Source: a virus | Lineage: Duplodnaviria; Caudoviricetes | Reading direction: 5' to 3' (one strand) | Length of the DNA stretch: 46,500 bases | IMG/VR virus record: IMGVR_UViG_3300042342_000302 | Coordinates: 1-46,500 of that record | Shown: piece after piece, positions 1 to 8,905 of the stretch | Layout: each line of letters begins with the position of its first letter | Numbering within the stretch: the first letter of the stretch is position 1 | The notes under the pieces: model-generated | Seen by the model: the letters and a program-made list of their open reading frames with translations, nothing else | What the model was told of the DNA's origin: nothing | Database searches by the model: none | Made by a program: the position numbers and the translations under genes

Positions 1-89
1 TGTTTTGCGTAGAATCGTAATGTATTCTCCTGTACGGGCTCTGTCATTAGTACTAGTTGTTGGTCTTGTAGTTCGTTTGTTTCTTCCAT
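1..89 (-). CDS. partial hypothetical protein (runs off window)
   Basis: ATG at 89, open frame MEETNELQDQQLVLMTEPVQENTLRFYAK to the window edge, follows the previous gene closely. Confidence 0.5.
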   Translation of the reverse strand, partial: MEETNELQDQQLVLMTEPVQENTLRFYAK

Positions 90-98
90 AGTATTTCT

Positions 99-344
99 TT
101 AGTCTATCTCGTGTATTACGTCTCTTGGTGGCATGTCTTGTGCCTTCTTTTTCTGTATAATCTTAACTGCTTCCTCCTTGCTCGTACAGGTTACGGCTCC
201 TCCGTTAGGGTTTATTATAGTGAACCACGTAGCTGTTATGTTTTGATCTAGCGTGTGGCTGTCCACGTATTGAGGGTAGAACAATGAGGTTTGGTTTTCT
301 GTTCCTTCTGCCATTATCTTCTCTAGTATTCTGTATGTTTTCAT
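99..344 (-). CDS. hypothetical phage protein
   Basis: ORF packed tightly between neighbours in a minus-strand gene run. Confidence 0.7.
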   Translation of the reverse strand: MKTYRILEKIMAEGTENQTSLFYPQYVDSHTLDQNITATWFTIINPNGGAVTCTSKEEAVKIIQKKKAQDMPPRDVIHEID

Positions 345-347
345 TAT

Positions 348-584
348 CTAGTTGTCTTTGTTATATAGGTACTCTTCTATGGTATTCTCCGCGTCGTTGA
401 TATGGTTACACTGACAGTCTTGGTATCCTATTTCGTAGAACTCTTTCATCTGCCCTCTCTCCATCTCCTTGGCTTTCTGTGCTGCGTCTGCCAATAGTAG
501 GTACGACATGCCTTCTAATTGTATATTTGAACCTAGGATTGCACTGAACTCCTCTATAATGTATTGTACTGCTGTCTTTGTCAT
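348..584 (-). CDS. hypothetical phage protein (KTAV...AKEME..Q family)
   Basis: MTKTAVQ...AKEMERGQM pattern; ATGA overlap with upstream gene. Confidence 0.75.
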   Translation of the reverse strand: MTKTAVQYIIEEFSAILGSNIQLEGMSYLLLADAAQKAKEMERGQMKEFYEIGYQDCQCNHINDAENTIEEYLYNKDN

Positions 585-799
585 AATCTGCTTCTTTTAA
601 ATCTTATCCGACTCATTAAAAACAGTGGTACAAATAGCCACGCTAGTAGTGCAGCAGGAAACAGTTTGCCCATCACTTCGAGTAGAGTAACGTACTCGTC
701 CGGAGGATCGCTTGCAAATCTGCTTGCGGGGTGTTTGATTAGCCAATAGACTCCGTATACGGTTGTGGCCATCCAATATGCTAGTAGTATTATTATCAT
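581..799 (-). CDS. small membrane protein, two predicted TM segments
   Basis: hydrophobic N- and C-terminal stretches with basic tail. Confidence 0.7.
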   Translation of the reverse strand: MIIILLAYWMATTVYGVYWLIKHPASRFASDPPDEYVTLLEVMGKLFPAALLAWLFVPLFLMSRIRFKRSRL

Positions 800-809
800 A
801 ACTGTTATT

Positions 810-1334
810 TTACTGTTCTACTACCCAAACTTGTTTTAATCCGAATACAATGTCTTTTAATTTTACTGTCTCTTCGAAGACATCAAATCCATTCTCTTTT
901 AATATGGCTAATTCTTTTGGGTCATCGAACCATTTATTCATTTGTTCTTTAGAGTCAAACGCAAAAAAATGTCGTTTAATTTTTACTCCACTCATTAAAT
1001 TCTCTCTGCTTCCAAACCTATTGCGTATGTTTTGCTTTAATAAGGGATCGTCATAAGGACCCGGCCTCTGTGTTTTAAACGTAGAAAAGAAGCCTTGCTC
1101 ACTAAATATTGGATACCGTTCTATCTTCTCTTTAATAGTATCTCCGGATTCAAATTTAGTATCGGACCATCTCTCTTTTAAAAATAGTATTTGCTTCATA
1201 AGTTTAATAGAAGGACTGTCCTCTGTCTTGCCTTCTTGTTCGTATAGCTTGTGTCTTAGATAGCCATAGGGTCCGATTCCTGGAAAGCCACCTTTGGCTA
1301 TTCTATAGATCCTCTTCTTATTATTGCCTGTCAT
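810..1334 (-). CDS. hypothetical protein, possible ADP-ribosyltransferase-like fold
   Basis: IYRI...GPY...PGPYDD...FAFDSKEQMNKWF...GF...QVWV motif order; fold call is inference. Confidence 0.6.
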   Translation of the reverse strand: MTGNNKKRIYRIAKGGFPGIGPYGYLRHKLYEQEGKTEDSPSIKLMKQILFLKERWSDTKFESGDTIKEKIERYPIFSEQGFFSTFKTQRPGPYDDPLLKQNIRNRFGSRENLMSGVKIKRHFFAFDSKEQMNKWFDDPKELAILKENGFDVFEETVKLKDIVFGLKQVWVVEQ

Positions 1335-1546
1335 AACTCTATTCTTATTAATGTTAATGCAAGTCTTCTAGTGAAATGCCCTCTATTCCTGTACGATCCT
1401 CTCCATAATGGATTAACTCCTATATTACTGGCCATTCTCACGCTCTTCCAATAGCTAATCCAATCTCTCCATACCATCCTTTCTGTTGGACTGTTTAGGA
1501 TTGCCGTTAGAAGCTTTGAGTCCCTACTGTTTAGTCTCTTGATCAT
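1331..1546 (-). CDS. hypothetical basic protein
   Basis: start re-assigned to ATG 1546 (MIKRLNSRD), ATGA overlap with the stop of 1543..1743. Confidence 0.6.
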   Translation of the reverse strand: MIKRLNSRDSKLLTAILNSPTERMVWRDWISYWKSVRMASNIGVNPLWRGSYRNRGHFTRRLALTLIRIEL

Positions 1547-1743
1547 AGCTTCTCGATCTCTGCCTTTACTTCCATCCAATACTGGTGACCTCTGTCCGCG
1601 CCCATGTCCGACAAGACTTGATTGCAACATATCAACGCGCACTCTTTGGCAAACTGCTTCATCGACACTCCTCTTGTGAAGTCCCTGCCCAAATCGAAGT
1701 ACCTATTGTACAGTTCTACTGCTTTCTCCTGTGGTGTTAACAT
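1543..1743 (-). CDS. hypothetical phage protein (TPxEKAxEL...YWxEVK family)
   Basis: similar to 2258..2539 within this window. Confidence 0.8.
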   Translation of the reverse strand: MLTPQEKAVELYNRYFDLGRDFTRGVSMKQFAKECALICCNQVLSDMGADRGHQYWMEVKAEIEKL

Positions 1744-1746
1744 AGG

Positions 1747-2034
1747 TTATTTGTTTTGGTTATTTAACTTCCATGCAAGTACATCATAATCAATTCTATA
1801 TTCTCCTTCTTCCCACATTTTATTTCTCATTTTTTCATCTATTAAAGGAGAAAATTCAGCATCTTTACCGTCTACTTTAATACTAGGTCTGAAGTTACCA
1901 TCTCCATCTGCGTGAAAAGATGTCCATCTACTTGCACCCGCATTTCCTAAACCAACCCAAGTTCTAAACATATCTTCTAATGCTATTGCTTGAGCTTCGG
2001 TAATATTTGAAATTTCTACATTAATTGTTTTCAT
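1747..2034 (-). CDS. hypothetical protein
   Basis: ORF with AT-rich leader; ADGDGNFRP motif. Confidence 0.75.
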   Translation of the reverse strand: MKTINVEISNITEAQAIALEDMFRTWVGLGNAGASRWTSFHADGDGNFRPSIKVDGKDAEFSPLIDEKMRNKMWEEGEYRIDYDVLAWKLNNQNK

Positions 2035-2050
2035 AAGTTATTTGTTTTGA

Positions 2051-2254
2051 TTATAGGTTTGGTTTAAAAGCAAATTCAAAGTTTAATGGAGCATTTTCTT
2101 TTCCTCTTTCATATACATCTTTTATTTGTTCAATTTCTTCTTGTAAATATTTATCAAATAAATCTTGATATATATTTTTAAATATTTGGTCGCCACAATA
2201 GCTTTGAATATCTAATCTTAATTTTTCAATTACTGTTTTTTCTCCTGTTTTCAT
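2051..2254 (-). CDS. hypothetical phage protein
   Basis: ORF packing; EEIEQIKDVY resembles the 348..584 family. Confidence 0.7.
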   Translation of the reverse strand: MKTGEKTVIEKLRLDIQSYCGDQIFKNIYQDLFDKYLQEEIEQIKDVYERGKENAPLNFEFAFKPNL

Positions 2255-2257
2255 ATG

Positions 2258-2539
2258 TTATTTGTTTTGGCCAAACGTTATCTTGATATCTGCATTTTCT
2301 GCAAACGATTTAAACGCGTCTTCTGATGAGTCTGTTTTAAATGCTGGTACACGATCTATCTCTATTAACACGTCTTCCCAATACTCCACTATTACGCTCA
2401 TGACCTTGTTGTACTTTAGTTTTACTATTACCTCCTTTGCTAGTATCCTTGCACAACTCTTGGCGTTCTCTCTTGAATTGGTATTGGTGTATTGGTAGAA
2501 CTCGTCGACCAAACTCTCGGCTTTCTCCTTCTCTGTCAT
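2258..2539 (-). CDS. hypothetical phage protein (paralogue of 1543..1743)
   Basis: MTEKEKAESLV...AKSCA...YWEDV. Confidence 0.8.
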   Translation of the reverse strand: MTEKEKAESLVDEFYQYTNTNSRENAKSCARILAKEVIVKLKYNKVMSVIVEYWEDVLIEIDRVPAFKTDSSEDAFKSFAENADIKITFGQNK

Positions 2540-2817
2540 AACTTATTGTAAGGGCTTTTTATTATGGCGTTAATCTGTTCTTGTACTTTTACTGCAATTG
2601 CTAACTCAAGACCCTTGTCCTTGAAGCTGGTAGTGAAGTAGAACCTTGGCCAATTGAATTTCATCTTGATTTGGTGTAACTCGAAGCCTGGGATTAGAGT
2701 CATGTCTTGCATTATTTGATCCATGTACTCGGTCACCTTTGGCTCGTCGAAGTCTAGTCCTGACCACCCGTCTGGTATCCACTGCTTGTATTTAGCGTTG
2801 AACTCGTTCTGCGTCAT
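2536..2817 (-). CDS. conserved hypothetical phage protein
   Basis: GWSGL...QIKMKFNWPRFY motif; start re-assigned to MTQNEF. Confidence 0.75.
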   Translation of the reverse strand: MTQNEFNAKYKQWIPDGWSGLDFDEPKVTEYMDQIMQDMTLIPGFELHQIKMKFNWPRFYFTTSFKDKGLELAIAVKVQEQINAIIKSPYNKL

Positions 2818-2821
2818 AAGA

Positions 2822-3094
2822 CTAGATTTCTGCATCGTAAGATTTGTTGGACAGTACTCCGTAATAATTGCCTCTACCGAATAGAGCTCTCCACTCTTTG
2901 GTAGTCGTTACAACTTCTTTCTCTAACTCTATACGATCGATGTCTCTCTCGCTCTCGCTTATTACCTTTGCGGTGTACGCGCTGACGTCCTTTATGTTGT
3001 GGTAGATTCTTCTTACTCCGTTCTTGAATGTAATTCTAATTGTGGCGCCGCCATCGATTAGACTCAATGGGCTTTTTTCGTACCTGTTTCTCAT
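2822..3094 (-). CDS. hypothetical protein
   Basis: ORF directly downstream of a promoter, AATAAAAGTCATG leader. Confidence 0.75.
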   Translation of the reverse strand: MRNRYEKSPLSLIDGGATIRITFKNGVRRIYHNIKDVSAYTAKVISESERDIDRIELEKEVVTTTKEWRALFGRGNYYGVLSNKSYDAEI

Positions 3095-3117
3095 GACTTT
3101 TATTGTTTTGTTATAAT

Positions 3118-3158
3118 CAAATATACTGCTATTTCCAACGTTGGGGAAATCTAAGTTT
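3118..3158 (-). promoter_or_regulatory. Bacteroidota-type sigma promoter
   Basis: minus strand AAACTTAGATTT-N21-TATATTTG, matches the TAnnTTTG -7 consensus. Confidence 0.7.
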
Positions 3159-3162
3159 GTGG

Positions 3163-3528
3163 TTACTTACCGCTTTTTGAACGTATCCAACTGTACATGT
3201 AGTCTTGATCTCTCTTTTCGGTGACCTTCTGCAATTCCTTGTCGTAGAACTCTCGAGTCCACCCGTCGTTGTAGGGACTGTTCGCTTCTACCCTTAGTTT
3301 TGTGTCGCGTATTGAAGACTCTAGGGAACCGTCAACTTGTTTGACTGTGAGTGAGGCTTCTTGCGATAGTAACCTTTCGGCTAATTCGTTCAATATCTCT
3401 TGATGGTTGGTCGGGACTTGCATCGCTAATCTATTGTATAGACCTATTAAGGCTAGTTCTATCTTTGTTTTGTCGCTTATCGGGTCGGGTTGTAAGTTGT
3501 CCCACTCCTGAATGTTTATTTCTTCCAT
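3163..3528 (-). CDS. hypothetical protein
   Basis: 121-aa ORF filling the space between promoter and neighbour. Confidence 0.7.
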   Translation of the reverse strand: MEEINIQEWDNLQPDPISDKTKIELALIGLYNRLAMQVPTNHQEILNELAERLLSQEASLTVKQVDGSLESSIRDTKLRVEANSPYNDGWTREFYDKELQKVTEKRDQDYMYSWIRSKSGK

Positions 3529-3553
3529 CTGTGTATATACTAGGTTATCGGGT

Positions 3554-3823
3554 TTATTTGTCTTTGTCTACGTAGTTCTTGAGCTTCTTCTTTAACGATT
3601 GAACTCTTACGCTTTGCCACCACTTGCCCATATTCGAAGAAGGCTGGTATGTATTTTCCCAGTAGTGTATCTCTCTTCTTATCGGTGCATTGTGTTCTTC
3701 TAGATAGTCCACGTCCCAAAAACTGTTGTTCTCCAACATGTCCTCTTCGGTGTACTTGCTAGGACGATTCTCTCTCGCCTTTTCTATCAAGAGCTTGCGT
3801 CTTTCTTTTTCTCCTTTAGTCAT
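3554..3823 (-). CDS. hypothetical protein, probably leaderless mRNA
   Basis: ATG lies 4 nt after TATATTTG. Confidence 0.75.
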   Translation of the reverse strand: MTKGEKERRKLLIEKARENRPSKYTEEDMLENNSFWDVDYLEEHNAPIRREIHYWENTYQPSSNMGKWWQSVRVQSLKKKLKNYVDKDK

Positions 3824-3827
3824 AGAT

Positions 3828-3868
3828 CAAATATACAGAATCCTTTTTTGCCAGTAAAATAAAAGTTT
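3828..3868 (-). promoter_or_regulatory. Bacteroidota-type sigma promoter
   Basis: AAACTTTTATTT-N21-TATATTTG, same spacing as the 3118 site. Confidence 0.7.
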
Positions 3869-4916
3869 AAAGTCCGTAAGTTCCCTTTATTGCATTAAAG
3901 TTTTGAGTGATTTCTCCTGACGATAATCCTCTACCGTATACACGCATTTGATAAAATGCTGGGTAGAATGCCGCTGTAGAGTTATTCAATACGTCTGTGA
4001 ATCCTGTACCTGCATTAGTGTGTCTTGCACCAAAATAGAAATTATTAGATGCAAATAGAGTTTGAATACTCACTGTGTCTGTAGTACCAACTTGAATACC
4101 ATTTAAATACAAGCTATGACTAGTTCCGTTTATAACAAATACCCAATGTCTTACTGCATCGCTAGCTGTTACAGTTTCTGAGGACTCAGAAGTTGACTTA
4201 CCATAATTTATTGATGTTGCACTATCCATGTAAGCGAAGTAGCCAGAGCCAGAGTTATAAACTTCATTACCCCATATTGCTCCCCAATAATCAGTAGGAT
4301 TGAACGAAGCAACCATTTCTACTGTTACTGCACTACTAGTAATATTATAAGGCACACTAATATATCCAGTTTCTTCTGAGTAATTATTGGCGTTTGCTAA
4401 TTGTATACCGCCTGAGAATGAAGATGTATAAGAAGAAGCTCCATTCAACGTTGCGTTGTATCCATTACCAGTTGCATCAGTCCATGTTGTTCCTGAAGTT
4501 GGTGCTGATGCTAGGTTGAATACCAGTCCTGAAGTTACAATTCCACCAGATCCACTAGAAGAAGGAGTTATGCTAGGAGTCGCTGAAGGAGTTCTTGTTA
4601 CTGATGGTGATGGAGTTATACTATTGCTCGGAGTTATAGAATTACTTGGTGTTATGGTTACTGAAGGAGTAATACTAACGCTAGGAGTTAAAGTTACTGA
4701 AGGAGTTATTGAAGCTGTAGGTGTTACAGATGGACTTGAAGTTATAGTTACAGACGGAGTTATTGACGGACTGGGGGTAACCGAAGGAGAAAAGGTATTG
4801 AGTTGAGGTTCTATGAATTGAATGCTTCCTCCACTTGTCGACCTATAATCTGCCACAGCGTTTCTAAACTTGATCTGTTGCTGCCTATTAATGTTTATTG
4901 CTTTTTTTGCTGCCAT
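3867..4916 (-). CDS. LamG/concanavalin-A-like lectin protein with Ser/Thr/Pro repeat stalk, probably virion-associated
   Basis: IVTSGLVFNL...SGTTWTD..GNGYNATLNG; LYLNG; MRVYGRGLSSGEITQNFNAIKGTYGL C-terminus. Confidence 0.8.
   Translation of the reverse strand: MAAKKAININRQQQIKFRNAVADYRSTSGGSIQFIEPQLNTFSPSVTPSPSITPSVTITSSPSVTPTASITPSVTLTPSVSITPSVTITPSNSITPSNSITPSPSVTRTPSATPSITPSSSGSGGIVTSGLVFNLASAPTSGTTWTDATGNGYNATLNGASSYTSSFSGGIQLANANNYSEETGYISVPYNITSSAVTVEMVASFNPTDYWGAIWGNEVYNSGSGYFAYMDSATSINYGKSTSESSETVTASDAVRHWVFVINGTSHSLYLNGIQVGTTDTVSIQTLFASNNFYFGARHTNAGTGFTDVLNNSTAAFYPAFYQMRVYGRGLSSGEITQNFNAIKGTYGL
4556..4790 (-). repeat. coding tandem repeat of about 6 aa (S-V/I-T-P-S type)
   Basis: SPSVTPSPSITPSVTITSSPSVTPTASITPSVTLTPSVSITPS... 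about 13 degenerate units. Confidence 0.85.
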
Positions 4917-4923
4917 CTATAGG

Positions 4924-4931
4924 ATAAATAT
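4924..4931 (-). promoter_or_regulatory. putative phage late-promoter motif ATATTTAT
   Basis: same octamer 7-17 nt upstream of five gene starts. Confidence 0.55.
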
Positions 4932-4954
4932 GTTACGATACTGAGAGTAAAATT

Positions 4955-5845
4955 CTATTTTAGAAAAGGCAATATTGCTAACTCTTTTGCTTTTGCTTCA
5001 ACCATAATGTCCACATCCAACTCGTATGTATTGGGGAGGGAATTAATATACAATGAATGGGCTTGCGGTTTTTCTTTAGCGTTGTTTTCATGTAATGCTT
5101 TTGATTCTGAGTAGTGCACAATTGGTTTTATGTCTTTTGGCCAAGTTGTTGATGCCAACTGTAAGGCCTCTTGCTCAGTCATATCTCCAGTACAAAATTG
5201 GTGGTGATGGTAATCGAATACAATAGGAATACCTATCTTCTTATGAATGTACATTAGATCTTTAACTGAGTACATAGATGCTTTGTCATCGTTCTCTACT
5301 GTTAATCTCTTACGTACTGAACTAGAAAGTCTCTTAAAGTTTTCGCAGAACCTATTCATAGCGGTCATCTTGTCTCCGTATACTCCGTTACAGTGTATGT
5401 TGATCTTGTTGTACGGAGTTTTAGAAAGGCCCATCATATCGAATAGTTTGCCGTGCATTTCTAAATCGGATATGGCATTATCAACTACGGTGTCCTTTGG
5501 CGAAGTAAGTACTACGAATGGACCGGGATGACACGTGATTCTCATATCCCAAAACTTGGCAAAGTCTCCTGCCTTTTTTAATTCAGACTTGATCTCTTTG
5601 TAGTCCTTTAGTTCGGTTATGTCTATGTTGTTTCCCCATGGAATTATGCTAGAAGACAATCTAAACAGTTTTATTCCGTGTTGTCTGTTCCATTCAAGTA
5701 TCTTAATGATATCTCTAGAATTTAGGAGTGCCAATTCTGAAACGTAATCCATTCCTTTGGCTTCGAATGTGCGCTTCATCATTGTTCTATTTGTACTAAC
5801 ATGTTTCTGCATAGTCATATTAATACAAGCGTAGCCTAAATTCAT
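4955..5845 (-). CDS. uvsE: UV DNA damage repair endonuclease
   Basis: LGYACIN, FRLSS, HPGPF, ENDD, FDYHHH, HYSES, MVEAKAKE motifs; start re-assigned to MNLGYACIN. Confidence 0.95.
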   Translation of the reverse strand: MNLGYACINMTMQKHVSTNRTMMKRTFEAKGMDYVSELALLNSRDIIKILEWNRQHGIKLFRLSSSIIPWGNNIDITELKDYKEIKSELKKAGDFAKFWDMRITCHPGPFVVLTSPKDTVVDNAISDLEMHGKLFDMMGLSKTPYNKINIHCNGVYGDKMTAMNRFCENFKRLSSSVRKRLTVENDDKASMYSVKDLMYIHKKIGIPIVFDYHHHQFCTGDMTEQEALQLASTTWPKDIKPIVHYSESKALHENNAKEKPQAHSLYINSLPNTYELDVDIMVEAKAKELAILPFLK

Positions 5846-5850
5846 AACTT

Positions 5851-5967
5851 TTATTTTTTTCTTTTTTTGTAGAATGTGTTGGTATCTTCGTCGTACCATG
5901 GCGCTCTATAAATTTCAAAAGCAATCCAAAGTCCTGTACCGATCAATCCTATTGCAATATACAACAT
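5851..5967 (-). CDS. 38-aa single-TM peptide (not in ORF track)
   Basis: MLYIAIGLIGTGLWIAFEIYRAPWYDEDTNTFYKKRKK fills the gap between neighbours. Confidence 0.6.
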   Translation of the reverse strand: MLYIAIGLIGTGLWIAFEIYRAPWYDEDTNTFYKKRKK

Positions 5968-5972
5968 AACCT

Positions 5973-6191
5973 TTACATTTTGTTTATTATCTTTTGAGCC
6001 TGTTTACAGAGTTCGCTACCTTCTACTTGATTGCCGTGAGGAAGAGAACTGCCTTTCTGATACCCTGATGGTGATTCGTACCACTGAGAAGGATCTACGA
6101 ATTTCTTTTGATATTCTATGTGCAATTTTATCCACGTTATAGAACTGCTCTCGCACATGTCGTTAACAAATTCTGCTTCTTCTTTAGTCAT
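5973..6191 (-). CDS. hypothetical protein
   Basis: ORF packing. Confidence 0.7.
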   Translation of the reverse strand: MTKEEAEFVNDMCESSSITWIKLHIEYQKKFVDPSQWYESPSGYQKGSSLPHGNQVEGSELCKQAQKIINKM

Positions 6192-6384
6192 TTTTCAAAT
6201 ACTTTTTAAGAGCATCATAAGCTGGAGCATTTTCAAAACAACCCAAACCCATATTTTCTAGTATAACTTTAACATCTGATACTGTTTTGACTTTATCCCA
6301 ATCAATCGCAAACCATTTGGGTTGTTCAGTTACTAAATTTTTAGAATCAATTTTTATTACTCTGGATTTTTTTGTCATTGCCAT
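6184..6384 (-). CDS. hypothetical protein
   Basis: ORF packing; IDWDKVKTVSDVK. Confidence 0.7.
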   Translation of the reverse strand: MAMTKKSRVIKIDSKNLVTEQPKWFAIDWDKVKTVSDVKVILENMGLGCFENAPAYDALKKYLKND

Positions 6385-6685
6385 TTTCTTCTTCTTTTTG
6401 TTGAATGTTTTTTAATGCTTCGTATAATGCTTCTTGAATTACTGGACTTCTTTTCTCGTAGTCTTCTACTAATTTATTTATACTTTTCTTTTTGGGTTCC
6501 TTGTAAGTAAGAATTTCTTTGATAGTTCTTGGATTTCCTGGAGGAATATTCTTCCACAAAGCATCCTTCTTCTTAATCAGTTCCGCTCTTATTTGTAGTC
6601 TCTCTCTTTCCATTCTTTCTGCGAAGAACGTGAACAAGAACCATCTCTCGATGATTTCATGCCAAATTGCTTTAAGCTTCTTCAT
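6347..6685 (-). CDS. hypothetical protein
   Basis: start re-assigned to MKKLKAIW. Confidence 0.6.
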   Translation of the reverse strand: MKKLKAIWHEIIERWFLFTFFAERMERERLQIRAELIKKKDALWKNIPPGNPRTIKEILTYKEPKKKSINKLVEDYEKRSPVIQEALYEALKNIQQKEEENGNDKKIQSNKN

Positions 6686-6830
6686 TCTTAACTTCTTTTT
6701 TAGCTGGTTTCTCTTGAGATTTCCACTCTGTTTTAGATACATAAGACCACTGGTTTCCTGCCATTTGGTAAGCTTGCACATCAGGTACTCTAATGATGTT
6801 GCCTGTTTTTTTGTTTTTTAAACACTTCAT
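6672..6830 (-). CDS. 52-aa hypothetical protein (not in ORF track)
   Basis: MKCLKNKKTGNIIRVPDVQAYQMAGNQWSYVSKTEWK... Confidence 0.65.
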   Translation of the reverse strand: MKCLKNKKTGNIIRVPDVQAYQMAGNQWSYVSKTEWKSQEKPAKKEVKNEEA

Positions 6831-6843
6831 GTTTGTCCATGTT

Positions 6844-7008
6844 TTATTTGATTACGAAATACATTTTGAATTTACTCAATTTATTACAATCTTGTATTAA
6901 TTTGTTTATGGTGTCTTTCCATTCAGAGTACTCCTGTTTCTTCCGTTTGTCAGGACACTTCATAAACAAATCTTCGATCTTATCGGTAAGTTCTACGATA
7001 TTAGCCAT
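6844..7008 (-). CDS. 54-aa hypothetical protein (not in ORF track)
   Basis: MANIVELTDKIEDLFMKCPDKRKKQEYSEWKDTIN... Confidence 0.6.
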   Translation of the reverse strand: MANIVELTDKIEDLFMKCPDKRKKQEYSEWKDTINKLIQDCNKLSKFKMYFVIK

Positions 7009-7139
7009 ACAACAAAGTTCCAAATTAATCCAATAATAATAGAGCCTAAAAACAGTATTACACTCATCGCTCCTACTGCCTCATTAGAGTCTTGTTGTTT
7101 TTGTGTTCTACCTTGATACTCTGGTTTTCTCTCTTCCAC

Positions 7140-7406
7140 TTAAAACCTTTTTGATATGTTAATAATAAATTCTGTTTCATCTTTTGATAACACATTCCAC
7201 TTTGTGTAGATCTTGTCTAAAGCTTCTATAAACTCTAATTCTGCTACACATACTTGTCTATCTATGTCTGTATTCTTTAGATGCCCTTTATCTTTTAACC
7301 AATCTATAACTTGCTCTATCTCATATTCATCACAATCTTCTAAAAAATCGTTAACTTCTACGTCAACGTCAACCTCTGTGTCTACTTGTACTAAAATGTT
7401 TGGCAT
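7140..7406 (-). CDS. hypothetical acidic protein
   Basis: ORF with ATAAAGTTATG leader. Confidence 0.75.
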   Translation of the reverse strand: MPNILVQVDTEVDVDVEVNDFLEDCDEYEIEQVIDWLKDKGHLKNTDIDRQVCVAELEFIEALDKIYTKWNVLSKDETEFIINISKRF

Positions 7407-7411
7407 AACTT

Positions 7412-8200
7412 TTATTTTTTTGTTTTATTAAATGATATTTGTCCGTCTGTAATAATCATATACTCTTGACTTGTTTCTTGCACGTCAACGAAGTAGTATC
7501 TACCGCCTGTGGCCTTACCTTGTTTGTCTATCTCGTTCTGATATGTGTGACCAACCACTTGAATAATCTTCTTACGTAGTGTTTTCTTATTGGCCTCCAT
7601 TAAAGCTTTAGGTCTTATCCACATCGGACCTTGATATGTCTCGTTACCATATCCACCAGATCCTATCACTGTTCCATTCTCTATGTCTGTTATCTTATAA
7701 GATCTGTAACATAAGTTTGCTGGTGTATACTTAAATGTATCGTTGATCTGATCTACCATGGTATCTGGTGTCCAACTAGGAATGAAATCGTCTAACCACT
7801 CGCTACTAATTCCCGCGTGGCTGAATACGAACTCGTCCATTCTATGTGCAACTTGTAGATGCTCTCTTTTTTCTGCTATCAATTGCTTTATCACAAAAGC
7901 CATTCTAGTTTGGTAACCAGAAGTGGAACTCTCGTCTATTTCTGGGAAGTAATGATAATCGTGGTTGCCTATTAATAAAATTACTTGAGTCTTGTGTTGA
8001 CCTTCTGTGCCAGCATTGGTGAACGAGGTCTCTTTAAACTCTACGATCTCCTTAAAGTTGTGCATCTGTACAGTTGCGCTTAAATCGAAAGAATCGAAGT
8101 AGTCACCTAAGAATATGACCGTATCCGCGTCCTTCTCTTGCGCTACGATCTGTTTCCATTGATCTCTACCATGGACATCTCCTATGATAATCGTTTTCAT
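7412..8200 (-). CDS. calcineurin-like metallophosphoesterase
   Basis: GDVHG, GDYFD, GNHD, HAG, GHT motifs. Confidence 0.92.
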   Translation of the reverse strand: MKTIIIGDVHGRDQWKQIVAQEKDADTVIFLGDYFDSFDLSATVQMHNFKEIVEFKETSFTNAGTEGQHKTQVILLIGNHDYHYFPEIDESSTSGYQTRMAFVIKQLIAEKREHLQVAHRMDEFVFSHAGISSEWLDDFIPSWTPDTMVDQINDTFKYTPANLCYRSYKITDIENGTVIGSGGYGNETYQGPMWIRPKALMEANKKTLRKKIIQVVGHTYQNEIDKQGKATGGRYYFVDVQETSQEYMIITDGQISFNKTKK

Positions 8201-8204
8201 AACC

Positions 8205-8240
8205 TAAATTTAATCTAATTAATAATGCTGATAAAATCTA
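8205..8240 (-). promoter_or_regulatory. promoter variant
   Basis: TAGATTT-N21-TAAATTTA, ATG 4 nt downstream. Confidence 0.55.
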
Positions 8241-8579
8241 TCTCCAAAGTATCTGAATTGCTACGATAGAAAAACCGAGTAGCAAACATACAATAGTTTT
8301 CAGTGTGAATGGCTCTCTAAACATGATAGCACTGAGTAAAGTAAACATGATTATGCCTATAGAAAAGCCAAGCAATCTACTTGGCCATATATCACCATCG
8401 AATGCATTGATAAAATACTCTACTGACTTGACGTAGAACCAACTTAAAGGAACTGCCATTAATAGTAGAGGCACTGTGTACTTAGGGTACCACCCATATT
8501 TTAGTGCTACTTGTAATTGTAAGAACGATCCTACTTGACCGATGATCCCGTATAGGATACCGAAAACTAAATTTTGCAT
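8238..8579 (-). CDS. 4-TM membrane protein, DMT/SMR-like
   Basis: four hydrophobic segments, FREPFTLKTIVCLLL end typical of DMT-like proteins. Confidence 0.7.
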   Translation of the reverse strand: MQNLVFGILYGIIGQVGSFLQLQVALKYGWYPKYTVPLLLMAVPLSWFYVKSVEYFINAFDGDIWPSRLLGFSIGIIMFTLLSAIMFREPFTLKTIVCLLLGFSIVAIQILWR

Positions 8580-8596
8580 AACTGTTTTTGTTTGTA

Positions 8597-8881
8597 TTAT
8601 TCCTCTGTTGGCATCGTCAAATTCATCATGTTTCCGCCAGTCTCGTCTACCGCTTTTCCTTTTTTACCCTTAGCAATTAACTTATCCATTTCCATTTTGA
8701 TCTCCTTTAAAGACGCAGCGTACTGTTCTAACTGCTCTCTATCGTCTGTGGTAAGGTTCTTAATTGCTTCTTTAACGGTAACGATTGTAGGTTCTGTAAC
8801 CATTCCAGTTACTGTGTCTAAGCCTTCTGATAATAGGCTTGCTATTTGTTTTGAATAGTCTTGTGGGTTTACGTAGCTCAT
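8597..8881 (-). CDS. hypothetical protein
   Basis: ORF preceded by ATATTTAT motif (8899-8906). Confidence 0.75.
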   Translation of the reverse strand: MSYVNPQDYSKQIASLLSEGLDTVTGMVTEPTIVTVKEAIKNLTTDDREQLEQYAASLKEIKMEMDKLIAKGKKGKAVDETGGNMMNLTMPTEE

Positions 8882-8905
8882 GTTTCTTGTTTGTGTTAAT
8901 AAATA

